A DNA stretch of 63,078 nt, filler included, from Dirinaria sp. TL-2023a (Eukaryota): the NCBI GenBank assembly GCA_051941275.1. It is 7 parts of 7 records of this genome, joined end to end, with 100 filler letters (N's around TTAATTAATTAA, not from the genome) between each part and the next. Parts side by side here need not be neighbours in the genome. Positions count along the whole stretch, not along the records: positions 27,113 to 36,046 come from JAVEBF010001123.1; positions 36,147 to 45,063 come from JAVEBF010001124.1; positions 45,164 to 54,074 come from JAVEBF010001125.1; 4 more parts are not named here. One strand, written 5' to 3'. Shown in pieces: positions 34,602 to 48,100 of the stretch. Below the pieces are notes generated by a model, which worked only from the letters and a program-made list of their open reading frames with translations, ran no database searches and was not told where the DNA came from. Position 1 is the stretch's first letter. Each line of letters begins with the position of its first letter. The translations under genes and the position numbers were made by a program.

Positions 34602-36046
34602 ATGAACGTCGCAACAGCGCCTTCAACCCCAGAAAACGCGAAGTCCCCACCCATCTTCCGCCGCGCCTTTACCGTCCCTACCAGAATCTCTAGCCTATCC
34701 AAGGCCACAGTACCCCTACGCGAGGCAGAGGTACAGGGAGCAGAAACCCTTTTCGCACACGAATACTGCAGGATCGTATCATTCAGCACCGGCTTCCGGC
34801 GACCGTCGAGTTCAGGTGGTGGATACAATGGGAACCTGGAGGAGGATCCTGTGGGCACTTTGCCCTGGGCTTCACTTACAGAACGGACGATTGCGGCAGG
34901 TGAGCATACAAATATTCCTGGCTGAATAAATGTTTACTCACTCTTACCCACGTCAGGCCCACTACGAATCTACAGAGTGCTGGAAGTATGCTTTCTGAAT
35001 TCGGGCAGCACGCTGCGACCTATCTTAGCCAAGTCGCAATGCTGGTGCGTCGATGGCGAATCCAAATTTGTCCTCAAGGTCGCGCCGGATTCTTTTTATC
35101 GAATCGAACTACCTAATACCTGCCCGGAAGAGAATGAAAAGGTGGAAAAGCTGAAGGGAGTTCTGGCGAAAGTGCTACAATATGAGACTACGCAGTGCCC
35201 TTTCAAGCGAGGGTTCACGGTCGATCTGCCCAAGCCACCTGCAACGCCCGTACGGAAACGACCTTGGAGACCTAAAAGGCCGTCGCAGCCTTCGCTGGAG
35301 CCCCCGCTGGAGCTTGGCGTCGATTCTAGCGGGAAGGAATATTGCCATAGCCTTGGAATGGACGCGACCTTGGAAGACTGCGGAACAGACAAAGGAGAAT
35401 CGAGCCAAGGTGAAAGCGCTGACGAAGCCAGCGTTTCTTCAAACACCAGCAGCGCAGTGGCTCAAGACGATGCAGACAGCAGTACGGTTCAAGACACAGA
35501 GGACGTACTGCCAGCCGTCGGTCCAGACCTCGCTGAACTTGATCTTATGAAGACACCAACACGCCCCAAGTCATTGAAAGCAGGACGTGCCATAACAGCG
35601 CCGCCTCAATTGACATTGAGAACGACACCGCCCTCAAATTCAACATCCAGCATCCCCATGCCACAAAAGAGAGAAAAGGAATCACCCAGTATCTCCTCGA
35701 GCACGGACTCATTCCACTCCTTCCACAGCCCGATCTCACCTCTACCTCCGTCACCACCATACTCAGATCCACCGTCCTTCTCCCTCCTTACCGGTGAAAA
35801 AGACGACACCATCAAAGTCGAGCGCGTGCGCTCACACAAGCGCGACATATCAGATTCAACCCTGACCACAGACACCCCGCGCGACTGGATCATGACACCC
35901 ACACCCACCAGCCACGACGCTCCCCCGACTCCTCAAACCCCAACCCTAATCAACGACGACGCCTCCTCGCAAACCTCCTCTCCAAACCCGGACCCCGTCA
36001 CGCCCTCCCCTCAAACGCAACTCCGGCACCGCCGCCGCGGCGCAAC
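34602..36046 (+). CDS. INP1: Inheritance of peroxisomes protein 1, 3' end cut by contig edge
   Basis: ETLFAH..CRIVSF, GTLPW.S.TERTIAAG|PLRIYRV...FLNSG..L.PILAKSQCWCVDGESKFVL...YRIELP, CPFKRGF. Intron about 34899-34956. Confidence 0.88.
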
Positions 36047-36146
36047 NNNNNNNNNNNNNNNNNNNNNNNNNNNNNNNNNNNNNNNNNNNNTTAATTAATT
36101 AANNNNNNNNNNNNNNNNNNNNNNNNNNNNNNNNNNNNNNNNNNNN
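36047..36146. other. Artificial contig linker
   Basis: N44-TTAATTAATTAA-N44. Confidence 0.99.
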
Positions 36147-39100
36147 GATAGGTAAACCGCAGGGCTCCGGGTAATAGTAATATCGGGTATATAGTAACCC
36201 ACAATTCCTCGCTTTTCTTATAGATGTTAGGCAATTAATCACACACATACAAACTGCCAAACATAGGTACAATTGACCTCACAAACACCTCCTAAATCTG
36301 ACATTCGGTCTTTGAACTACTTGTCATGATCTTCCCCGAGTCAGGGCCTATACAAGTGGAAGATGACTACCTGTGCATACATTATTTAGGCTTAGTGTGT
36401 TTGCAGAGGCACTGTTTGTATGCTAGGAACTATTGCATCGATAGCTTTTACCTCATTATCATTACCCACCACATCTTGTGCATGACCTCCTTATGACATT
36501 GACCCGTAACACTACTGCACATCACATCGGAACGCTTCCAAGTCTCTGCATATTCAATGGGGCATGGGTAAACTTGCTGATCGCTCTTAGCGCTCTCCAC
36601 AAGTAACCACTTTGTCGCTACTCCAAATCTTTCCCAACGACTCTCTTCGATAAAGCACCTTACTAGATTATTCCCTGCAGACAATACTATCTCACGTAAA
36701 TCAGCTCTGCGAGCCCGGAACCAGCCTCTCGTATCTTCTCCATTGGCACAGCGCGTGCTGATGATCGCCAACTTGGGTCATCCAGGGCGCTAACTTCCCT
36801 GCCACCACTATATCCGTCGGATATCTTTTTCAATCGTATGTTGCACAGGCAAGAAGACCCTTTCGGTCCCTGTATCTGTGGGATTAGCATACCAGAAATA
36901 TCCTCGGTGTCGAATTTCTTACCTTTCTTTACGCCAAAAGTGCGTCGACTGTGACCCTTTAGTGGGCGAAAGCCCGCTTGTCGCGACTGGAGATTGTCGG
37001 TGTCGGTTCTCTGTTTCAAAGCGACTACTTCGACGACTGTATCGAAGACGCCGGTGACACAGGTGTATATAGAGGCATAAGGTAGGTGTATGTCGTTGCG
37101 CAATTCTAGATAGCACGCTAGTCGGCTCGCTTAGCACGGTCACGTGAAAAGCCCTAAGAGTTCATCGAATAAGGTAGCTAAGGTATGTCCGATGTCGATT
37201 ATGATAGCGGCTTGATTGAGATTATAATTCTGCGGTGATGAAGTGATTGTTTGGACTTCGTCGGACAAGGAAACATTAGTACGATACTCTGGCACATGCT
37301 CCTCATGAATATCCCACATGAAGCACCCAAGCAACTGTTGCTTTCTCAGGAATTGGCAATCTCTTTCCGTGGTTTGTTCATAAGGGTCAACGATGTCCAG
37401 TATAAAACAAGTTGAAACCAGCTAATTCTTGAATCGGAAAAGATGTCCACAGTTATGATTCTCGATTGTATTCCTATTTCACTCCCTTGCGAGGATATGT
37501 CTAAGATAATCAGCATATAGCAGCTCTATGGTCTCACTAGCTCGATCAGAATTGATATTGCCACTCTCCATGGCCTTGAACCTCGTGCACCCCTTCAGGA
37601 GTATGAAAAACAAGTATATGTCCAAAGACAATTCAAAAAAGCTTTGCTCAGCAGCAACTTTTCGTCAGATCTCAATCTCCTCTTTACGATCACTTGAAAA
37701 GCTCCATGAACAATTTATTCACCAGCTGCAAATTCAACTTTATTTCGATGTTACTCACCGCTCTTCAGAATACTGCTGCTCACAAGGCTCTGCGCTCTGC
37801 TCTACGTCGAGTTTCCGCTTGAACACTTCAGCCACAATTAATTTCATAGAAGAGGTTTTGAATATGAGAGTGAGCGTTGCCGCCAGGACAGCGGGCGACA
37901 AAGATGTGTCGGCTAATTCAAATTCTCATATAAAAAATGTAGCGGAGGAAACATAGGAAGCCGAGGACCTTCCCCGACTCCGCCTCCACTTGTTTTTTGT
38001 TTCCCGCGCCTTTTTGGAGAGCGTATGAAGCTTTTCACGAGTGATTTTCCTAATCACAAAAATTACAGACTGGAGATGGGTTAGATTCTGGCTAATGGAG
38101 GTTGGAGCATCTAAGGTCGAGAAGATTTTGAGCTCAGATAGAGAAATCTTGCGTAAGACACACCCTCACCTATGCATATCAGATGACTTAGAACTCATTG
38201 ATCACCTAAAGCTTAGACTGGTGTGAGCTGAAGATGCTTCATTTTTCATCTTCTATTCCAGCTGACTGCGCATCATGAATACAAATTTTGAATCGACATG
38301 ATACAGAGACTCGGAGTAAGAGATGACATTATCATATTCCTTGTTATCTTTTCATATAACGTTTACGAGATCTTTTTCTCCGAACACAGAAAAATTAAAA
38401 GGGTACCACTATCGTCACACCACCCTCACTTCACCACCTCAATTCCCTGCCATCTACCCACTCTTTTCCATCAGACAATGTCTCTCTCCCAGATTTTGCT
38501 TGCGCTCTTAACATTTTAACAGATTCACGATTTGACGATGGCACTTCCCTGGTGATCGGCCCATCGTCATTTCGTTCAATCGTCTTTACTTGGAACCCGC
38601 ATACTGAGCGCAGAAGTGGAGATCATTAAGCTTGATGCACGAAAAAGATCGAATACATTACCGAGTGATGGGCGATGTGGAGGCAGTAGTATCCAGTTGC
38701 AAGTACTCCATCTCTCTCTGTGCAAGTCTGTTGTGTTTGCGCTCTGGATAGCTTCCTAATATGTTCTATCTTTCATGGATTCTTTCCATGTATTTCTTCA
38801 ATGTCTCCAGTATAGCAAGCGTGTGGACAGATATCAGTCATTCCCGATTTTCCTCCGAAAAAAATCGATTTCCTGGCTTGAGATCCACGATAGAGGAAAA
38901 CAAACTAGGATCTCAGCGTGTTATGAGATGAAGTAATTTCAAGCCCCTCAACACCACAAAAAAGTGATGCAAAGTCAGTGTTCTTCCACACTCATCCCTT
39001 TCCGTCACTCATTCCGAATTGAAATTCTATGAATTCTAAGTGTTGTTCCTTCTTCACGCTAAACAATCGCCATCATACAAAGCTCCCATTGGAATTGAAG

Positions 39101-41013
39101 AACCATAACATTCTCCTCTCAGAAAGTGAGTGCTTCTTCATCATTGAATTGATACTGAGAATGTGAACGTAGAAGCAACACATACATGCAACACCTCCCC
39201 AGGTGCAACACATCCCCTAGCCCCTTGGGTATTTAAACACGCACTTGCTCCCAGATTCCTCTTCCTTTTCTTTTTACTTTCTCATACTTTCTCACACTCT
39301 ATCTTCTTCGCTATATATTCAGCTACTGCTTTGGCTCTACCTTGGAACATCATAGATACAGTGTCAATTGAAAATACTATCTACTAAGTCACTCAATCTG
39401 CTAATAATGACTTCGCATTATCACTCTGACATCGCTATAAATGTATTCTCTGACACTCCTCCTTGAAAGTCGCTATCCTAGACAGTCCTTGTGTAAGTTA
39501 ATTAACCTGGCATCTTCTGCTAAGACTACGGATCTTACCATCAATTGTAATTGACTCCAGCTATAGGAATACCGTAGTGGTGTACGCTTACATGCCTCTC
39601 CTCTTCTTAAGTCTTCTGCTATGAGCACACCATAAAAGAGGACTATAGAGTTTACCTCCCGAGACCATTTTTATTTATACAAGTCCTTTCAAATCAAACA
39701 TATGTCTCAAAATCTGTGCAAAAGAGCAACTTGAAGCACCAGAGAAGTCTTCTAGCGACTTTACATATCGCTTCCAAATCGTCAGTGACATGATCGCGAG
39801 CCCAAACGTTCTCTCAGCCATGTTGTGCTGGATGTCTGCTTCAAAATCCTCTATAAAAACTTCTTACTTCGAGGCTTTACCATTGCCATCGCGGCCTTGA
39901 ATTGTCAGCCGTTCTTCATTGAAATATCTAGCCGATTGCTGGTATATTTATATAAATCCGTGACACATCATTTACTCCCTCTAAATGAGCCACATCTGTC
40001 TTTCCACGGGCAACTCCGCAAAGAGATGTCCCTGATCGAAGAAAGCAAAGACACATAAGCGCTCGTCGCCTCCTGCGTGCCCTTGACATGCGAGATACGA
40101 GTTTTCGCAACCACAGCGGATCTGACACAGGAAAAGTCGGACGTGGAGAAATGAGCCCGCATATCGACCGCATTGCGGACTCGGAAAAGCGGTTGCGTGA
40201 TCTCCAATACGATACGCTCAAGAAGGAAAAGTGCATCGTGGAGAAGCAGTACGCTGCGTCTCAAAAGCTGCTTCGACAAGTTTTAGACCACGTCCGAGCA
40301 ATCTCAATCAACCTCTTGGTTTCCCCAAGGCCGGATCACAGTGGCAAACTGTCGATCCACGAAAGCGGTCTTGCGAAGGGTCGAGCAACACTCGGATGCT
40401 TCCCGTAATGGAGATCCTGGACAAACGGTTAGCAGAGCTTGAACCTGAAAAGAAAGCTCTTTCTCGAAGCCTGGGAAGCCAAGAGAGCAAGGCTGGGAGC
40501 AAAGTAGGCTGTAACTGTGCCGGAAGTGATACATCCTGGCAGTGAGGATGCAATGGATATCTCCGGCTCGGTCCCACTCGACAAGACTCTATGCTGACCA
40601 CAAGAATCGTGAGGCCGAGTCTACTGAAAAAAGACACAGGGAAATCCTGCCAGCGAGATACGGGCCTCTCCTTCCGAATCAACAAGCATAAGCCGGATGA
40701 GGACGTCTCGAAGAACCCAAATGAACTTTCTCATATCAGTACCCAGATCCGATTAGGTGTCGCTCGGCAATCTCAACAATCCCTCGCTGCACAGCTTGCG
40801 CCTGGGACTGCACCAAGCGTGTCATTTCCATTAAACGCTACTGACCAGAGCGGACCTTCAGCTTCTATTCGTGTACCAAAGAGCCCTTCAAATGGGGGAC
40901 GAGCACCAATCTACGACCCATCGAGGAGAGTTACAATGACAGCACCGGATTCAATTACCCAGAATCTGCCTCAGCTCTCACAATACTACGACTAGAGACA
41001 GAGAGAGCTGGCC

Positions 41014-43330
41014 GTGAGCATTAAGAAGACACCGACCATCAAAGAGACAGGCAAAATGATGTACATTAGAAGCACCAAAGCTAGGGAGCTGAAGTCTCGC
41101 ACATTCCCAAAGGCTGAGCACACTGGGCCTTTCTGGAATCAGACTGACGTTCAGCTGATTCGCGAGGCACACTGGAACGATGGGTACGGTCGCACAATTT
41201 CACGTGCGAGGGTACGGCGCGTATGTCATGGCAATGCCCGACAGCAGGTTGTATATCCCCAAGGGATGCAGTGGACGGAGCGAGACTCAGAAACGTACGG
41301 CGTCCGAGTTCTTTGTCTTCATCCGGTTACCGTTCGTGAAAGGGGGAAAGAAAGCGACGCCACTAGCGTCTACTTGGTCCTGGAGCCGCGTGGGTTGTCA
41401 AGAAATTTGTTGATATGACCCGAGGACCCAACCCGAAAACCAAGGTAGAAGTAGAGGCGAGCCGAAGACTGTATCAAGAGCTGCTCCAAGTGCACATAGA
41501 AGCCACCAAGAACGAGCGGCAAATATCTATGCTCGCGAGTACCATGGAGATGCTGAAATGCTTCTTAGCTGTCGTCGGTTTCCCCAGCTCGGGGAAGACC
41601 CATTCCCAGACCGCCTTTGCAGGGCTTTTGCATGCTGTGGATCACACGCTTTTGATATGCACGGGGACCAACAACAGCCTGGACAATGATACCAGAGCGA
41701 TGTACGCAGTTCGCCCCGCCGGATGCAAAGCCAAACTTCTGCGTTTGGAGACCGCTGGCATCGAAACCGCTGCCATCAGCCAATTCGCCGTGCTTGACGA
41801 TGAGATCAACCCGAGTGAGCCATTGAAATCGAAAGTGTGGAAGGACATGCTTGCAGATAATTACGCTTACAAGAAGGCAATGAGCAAGTACTTGATGGAG
41901 TTGGCCGGTACAGAAGAACAAGAGACAGCCAAGGAGAGAGACCGCGACAGCTCCCGGCTCATGCACTTTCTCGACCTATCATTCTAATCGGCACTACTCA
42001 GTGTGAACCATGGCCACCGCAGCGATTGCTATGCTTGCCCAGTGGGTATATGGGAAAACGTTCAAGGGGGCTGTTGAGGTTCCCGCCACCGCGCAGTTGA
42101 GGCCAAGGTCTCGTGTGGAGGCGTTTCGAGACTCAACTCACCTCAAACATTCTGAAAGTTGTGACAGATATATTCGCCGAAATGACATTGCATTGACGCA
42201 TCCAGAATCTGATGCGGCGCGACGAAATCGAGACCCAAGTAACCTAAGACAAACAAAAACATCAAAAACGTAAGGCCAGCGTTAGTGGCCCGGAAATCGC
42301 GGAAGTGTCTCAGGATGGCAAAATCAAATCTTCTTCTGATCGATCCAAGTCAGCCGAATACAACTGGTATCTGAAGAAATACCTCCGAAATGAAAAGCTT
42401 TCAAAGGTTTCTCGGATGAGATTTCAAGCTCTTTAAGAAGAGCCGATCGCTCGGGTCCTTCAAGAGACCGACATCCTGTTCGCCGCCTTCAACAACGTTG
42501 GAGCGGAGATTGGCGGTTTAGCGATACATTACAGCTCCGACCACAGCAATGTCTTTGCAAACCAATGAATTTGGGGCCAATTCGAAGACTTCGCCGCTCG
42601 AAGCGGTTATTGAAGAAAAAGAGCGCTCTCAGATCGCGTTCAAAACGCAGTATACTAAATATATAACTTGCCATTTATACATCATCGATCGATTTTTTTC
42701 GACAACTATCATCAACCATCTCTTACCGATGCGTGGCAACGAAACTCGTCGAAAGATCCGAATCTTGTCGAAGCGGTTCTACGGCAACAAGAGTGAGGAT
42801 AGTTCAGAAGTCATCGTCGTCAGTGTAGAGCATGGCATCTCTCGGGTCGAGCCGGGTGGAACGTCTCTGCAGAACTACGCCAACGTCGACGCCATCCAGC
42901 TTGCTCTTGAACGATGTAAGAAAGCCGGCATCAAGGAGTCTCAGATCTCCATCCTGACCCCGTATCGCGGCCAGAAGATGCTCGCCCTGACGATTCTCGA
43001 GCGCGGCCTGTATCAAGAAGTCTCCACAATCGATTCGGTCCAGGGGGAAAGAGAACGACATCATCTTTCTGGACTATGTCACCGCGCGGAAGCTGTTCAG
43101 ACGTCCATGGGGCGCAGCACGATGAAGAGGACGACGAGCTGGATTTCACATCGCTGAGCGGCGATGAGTACAATAGGCTCACCTACTAGACACCTCAAAG
43201 ACATTCACCGAAACTGCGTCGCTATCAGCTGCGACCAGATTCGGTCTCTTTATCTTCTTGCAGGCCATGCAATTCCATTCGGGAAGCAAGAAAGACGATA
43301 GCACCGTCCTCGGCGCTCTGTTCAAGGATT
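41014..43330 (+). pseudogene. Fragmented SF1 (Upf1/Sen1/Dna2-like) helicase
   Basis: Motifs in correct order but broken by stops and frameshifts: GFPSSGKT, LLICTGTNNSLDN, KTQY, S..NYAN, ISILTPYRGQ, VSTIDSVQG, RNCVAIS...RFGL. The 5' limit is uncertain. Confidence 0.8.
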
Positions 43331-43853
43331 ACCTGGGCGATGCTTTAGTCTATCATGATAAACAGCATGGGGACACGCATCCCAATACTTTGGAAGAACG
43401 TCGTCGGAACGAAGCGAGGGCCTAGGATCACGAAGAAATCCCGGGACTACAGTCAACGCTTTAGCTTCTATAACGAGATTGCGAAACGAAAAGTGGCCGA
43501 TCAAGCGCCGTCGGGGCTCATCAAGGTAAATCGACACAGTCAAGCCCCAAAGGAAATAGACAGCAAAAAGAAACCTCACCACCATCAAACTACGCCCTTC
43601 GGCCCCCTAAACCAGGATCAGGCGCAGCACCGACACCCCACATCACTAGCCAGGACGCGCAAATGCAGAGTTAGACGATCTCTATAAGGATACCGAGACG
43701 GAGAGGGTTCGTGTCGACCGTTGCCCGCCCCCGAGCTAGACCTCATCAGATCCTTGTCTGACCCCCGTTCTAATCACACACACACAGAACTCCTTTCATC
43801 AAGCATCCTATACTATGCTCATTGTAAAACCACACTGCACATACCTCATCAAC

Positions 43854-44945
43854 ATGACTGACAACAAGAGGGACATCAAATTGACCTCCCAGAGGGACTG
43901 GGACCCCTGGATCGCTATCTTTAGGGCAATAGCAACCGGCAACAAAATATGACATCTGATTGACCCCAACAAAGAAGCGAAGCCAGTAGGACGCATTGAA
44001 CCTAATCCACCATTGTTTACAGTCTTGCCAAACGAAGATTTCGTTGAAAAGAACATCCTCTACGGCCATGCCAAAGAAGACTATAAAAGAAACTTCAAAT
44101 TGTGGGAAAAGAAGCAAGAAGCTATGTCACAAATGATAAAACACATATACAGTAACACCGCCCCCGCAAACTTGACCTTCATAGAGAAGACAGAGATCCA
44201 CCCCTGAAATGTGCTCCGTGCACTGAAGGCACACCTTGCACCAACAGATGCAGCAAGACGTCAAGATTTGAAGCATCGATATTGTCGCCTTGTAAATGAG
44301 CCATCCAGAAATCAAGACGCGGAAGCTTGACTAGACGACTATCAAAAGATGCATGCTCTAGACAAAGAATATAAGATCGCAGAAGTTGCAGATGACGAAT
44401 CAGCATATAGAGACTTCCTCGAGGCAGTACACCCGACAGAAAAGGAGTTCTCCAACGCACACTATAGGGTCATACATAAGGTCGCAAACTATGAAGAGCA
44501 ATTGCTTGAAGCCATGAAAGAATACCGCAATATCATACGCCTAAGCGATGCCAGGAAACCAAGATCATCAGCATCAAATTCCGCCTTCGCAACCGGGTCT
44601 ATTGACGACAACAAGCCTACTTTTCAGGGTGCAAAACAACCTCCTACTTGCATTTGCGGACATAAGCATTGGTACTCCGATTGCCACTACCTAAATGAGG
44701 AGATAAGAACCCCCAATTGGGAGCCAGATGAGGCAACTCAGAAGAAGGTCAACGATGCCCTAAAAGATGATAAGAAGCGAAAGCAGGTGGAGAGCAACAT
44801 TGCAAAGACTGAAGAACTAAAAGAAAAGAAGAAGGCTAAAGCCTCTGCTTCTGCTTCTGCTTCTGATTCTACCTCTGCAGAAGAATCAGCCAACAAGTCA
44901 ATGGCATCTATGTATGTGTATTTGTATGTTGCATGTATTGTCTAA
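43854..44945 (+). mobile_element. Degenerate LTR-retrotransposon (Ty1/copia-like) gag region
   Basis: One reading frame from ATG 43854 with WDPW, LIDP, LKAHLAPT and a CICGHKHWYSDC knuckle. Three in-frame TGA. No pol visible before the contig end. Confidence 0.72.
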
Positions 44946-45063
44946 AGTCTATGGAAAAGCATTTGTGGGCACTATTTACCCTTAGAGGTGTTGAGGTGAC
45001 TAGTCTAGAAGCTAGACCGTTTTGGTCAACCTATCTAAGAAATGTTGTTGGGGGTGTTGAGGA

Positions 45064-45163
45064 NNNNNNNNNNNNNNNNNNNNNNNNNNNNNNNNNNNNN
45101 NNNNNNNTTAATTAATTAANNNNNNNNNNNNNNNNNNNNNNNNNNNNNNNNNNNNNNNNNNNN
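45064..45163. other. Artificial contig linker
   Basis: N44-TTAATTAATTAA-N44. Confidence 0.99.
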
Positions 45164-48100
45164 CCCAAACCACGAGGTTACGCGGTCCTTCACGGACTTT
45201 GTCTGGTTCTGATAACATTCCTGTAGGAAACTCTTCCAGCATGTCGAAAGCAAACCTTGAAATACCTAAAACCCCCTTATCGGCAAGGAAAAGGGTCCAA
45301 CCTCGTCCTCCTAGCTACTGGCTCGAACAACCTGAAAGTTATTCTTCGAGAGAACCTCTTCCATTATATGAGGATCTACGGCAGCGGGTGCGCCTGGACT
45401 GGATGATTTTATTTGATCTTCGATTGTGGAAGAAGGCACGGATCGATCTCAGAGAACTTTACATAAGCACTGTGGTCAACATACCGCAATTCAAGCGCAT
45501 CCTAGGTCTTCGGTTTGCTGGCTTGTATACAGTGCTGGCTCAATTATATCTTGTTGCAGATCGGGAGCCAGACCATTCCATTATCAATCTCTCCTTACAA
45601 ATGCTTACTAGCCCTTCCATAACTGAAGAGATTGTGGAGCGTGGGAACTTTTTAACAAATCTGATGTCTATCTTATACACTTTCCTTACCACTCGTCAAG
45701 TGGGTCATCCCTGGGAAATGTCTTCCATTGCTACTCTGGCGTTTGATGCTGGCTCCGTAGCCAATCGACGAATGGCCCATTTCTTCCAAGACCTACATTA
45801 TCTACTGGGGTGCGACTATGTTCAAGAGAAGCTACGTATCGAAGAGAGGTATGTGTTACAGTTACTAGATTTGATAAAGCTTCCACAGGGTATTTGCCCT
45901 AACACAAGAGCCGTGGGAGACCATGTGGAATACGAAACAGATGCCTGGATCAGTGCCTCCCTACTAACAAGGGAGATAAACAAATTATGCCGCCAGTTCG
46001 CAGAATCATTCCGGCGTTCTAGAGACGACAATTCTGTGGACCTGGCAAGGGTTATTCGGACCGTGGCAAAAGCTGCAGTTATCAACTCGACCGGTGCAGA
46101 ATGTGTGCGATTTGACCAAGCCGAATTGAAGACCGAAACTCGCTTCAAGAACCTCGAGCCATTCCTGTTCGATAATCATTACATCGGATACGATTGGAGC
46201 TACTCTGTCGTAGAATTTGTAGTCGAACGGGAACCCATTAGCTTCCACCATGCGTTACATTACACACTGTCTTGGCTCATTGATTGTGGTAAAAGCATGT
46301 CCGTGGACCAAATGCGAAGATCGTTACATTTTACGTATAGAGATATCCAAGCAACGCATCCAGCGCGAGTCCTCGTATCAGAGCGTGATCCAGAGAGTTA
46401 TCTTCTGGCTCTCTTTGATATTCCGTTACGAGTATGCGTTTGGTTGGCCCAGATGAAAGCAGGTATCTGGGTCCGAAATGGCTTAAGCCTTCGTCATCAG
46501 ATGCACACATACCGCGGCGTTTTGAGCCGCGACCTCGCCCATCACCGCGACATATTCCTTTTGCAGACGGCCATGGTCATCTGCGATCCGAGCAGGGTAC
46601 TGGCATCCATGATAGAACGCTTTGGTATGGATGACTGGATGAGAGGGCGGTATTACATTCGAGCCGGCTATGAGCCTGCACAGCAATTGGATGTAGCGGA
46701 AGATTTCATACACCTGCTGATCGTCCTGCTAAGCGATCGAACATCACTATTGCCTCAGGATGATCAAAAGAGCAACCAAGGACTCTCGATACGACGTGAC
46801 ATCGCTCACATACTATGTTTCAAGCCACTATCGTTCTCTGCGCTTAGCGAGCGGCTCTCAGAAAAGTTCACTAATCAAGAAGAGTTCCAAGAGATTCTTG
46901 ATGAAATGGCTAATTTTCGATCTCCAGAAGGCCTTTCGGATTCGGGTACCTTTGAGTTGAAGCCTGAGTACCTGGCCGATATCGACCCATACATAGCACA
47001 TTACAGCAAGAACCAACGTGACGAGGCTGAGAACGTCTATCGTACATGGAAGGCAAAGCAAACTGGACAGGCGCTCGCCGATGTTGTACTAGAGCCTAAA
47101 ATTCAGCCAATAACTCGGGGTGTCTTCCAGAATCTCTCCGCCTTCACTTCTACCCCTTTATTCACCCAGATTCTTTATTACTCCATGTGGCAACACATGG
47201 AGCCTCATGGACTCCAAGGAATACCAAACACGAGGTTTGAGGCTTTTCTCCATGTGGTATTGCATCTCATGCTGGTCGCTATAGCAGAAGATGTCACACG
47301 TGAAGACGATATTGAATCAAGAACTTCCTTTGTCCGCTTCGCCCTCAAAGGAGTGGCCCCTGGAACGTATTCTCCAACCCTGTTCTCTTTACTAGTCCGC
47401 ATGCTCGACAATGAGGATATCAAAGCCTGTCACCCTAAGATTCGCCTCATCATACAGCGACTAGGACAGCACAGGCCTTCCCTATATAGATTTGCGGTAA
47501 GAAGACTCGACGGCTCAGTTGGTAGCGCAGCCCAAACCCTTTTCCTCGAAAGAACAGGTACAGAGTCACCGCAGACACCTTCAGGCGAAGATTCGGATGC
47601 CAAGCAGCGACAAATTAGGGAAGCAAAGAAGTTACAAGCTCTGGACAGACAGGCGAAGGTGATGGCCCAATTTCAGCAACAACAACAGAATTTTCTTAAA
47701 AATCAAGAATCCTTTGACTGGGGCGAAGATGACATCGATGACACCGAGTCAGTAGCGACTGGGGCAACCGAGGAATATAGAAAGTTGTGGAAATATCCGA
47801 CGGGCAATTGTATTCTTTGCCAAGAAGAGACCAATGATGCCAAACTATACGGCACATTTGCTATGATAATGGAAAGCAAAATATTCCGGCAGACGGACCC
47901 AGGTGACATAGATATCGTTGAAGAGGCTCTCTTCACGCCATTGAACCTGGATCAGTCGGCGGAAGGCATTCGACCGTTCGGTATTGCGAGGAAGAATAGA
48001 AAGGAAGTTTCGAAAGTTACGTCCGAAGGTCGCAACATTATTGCCCAGCATCAAGGCCTTGGTAAAGGTTTTCCACGTTCTCATGCCACCACGGGCCCAG

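Noticed and set aside
36448..38226. Short ORFs at the start of contig 5
   Set aside because: Probably decayed gene or repeat remnants; no identifiable family.
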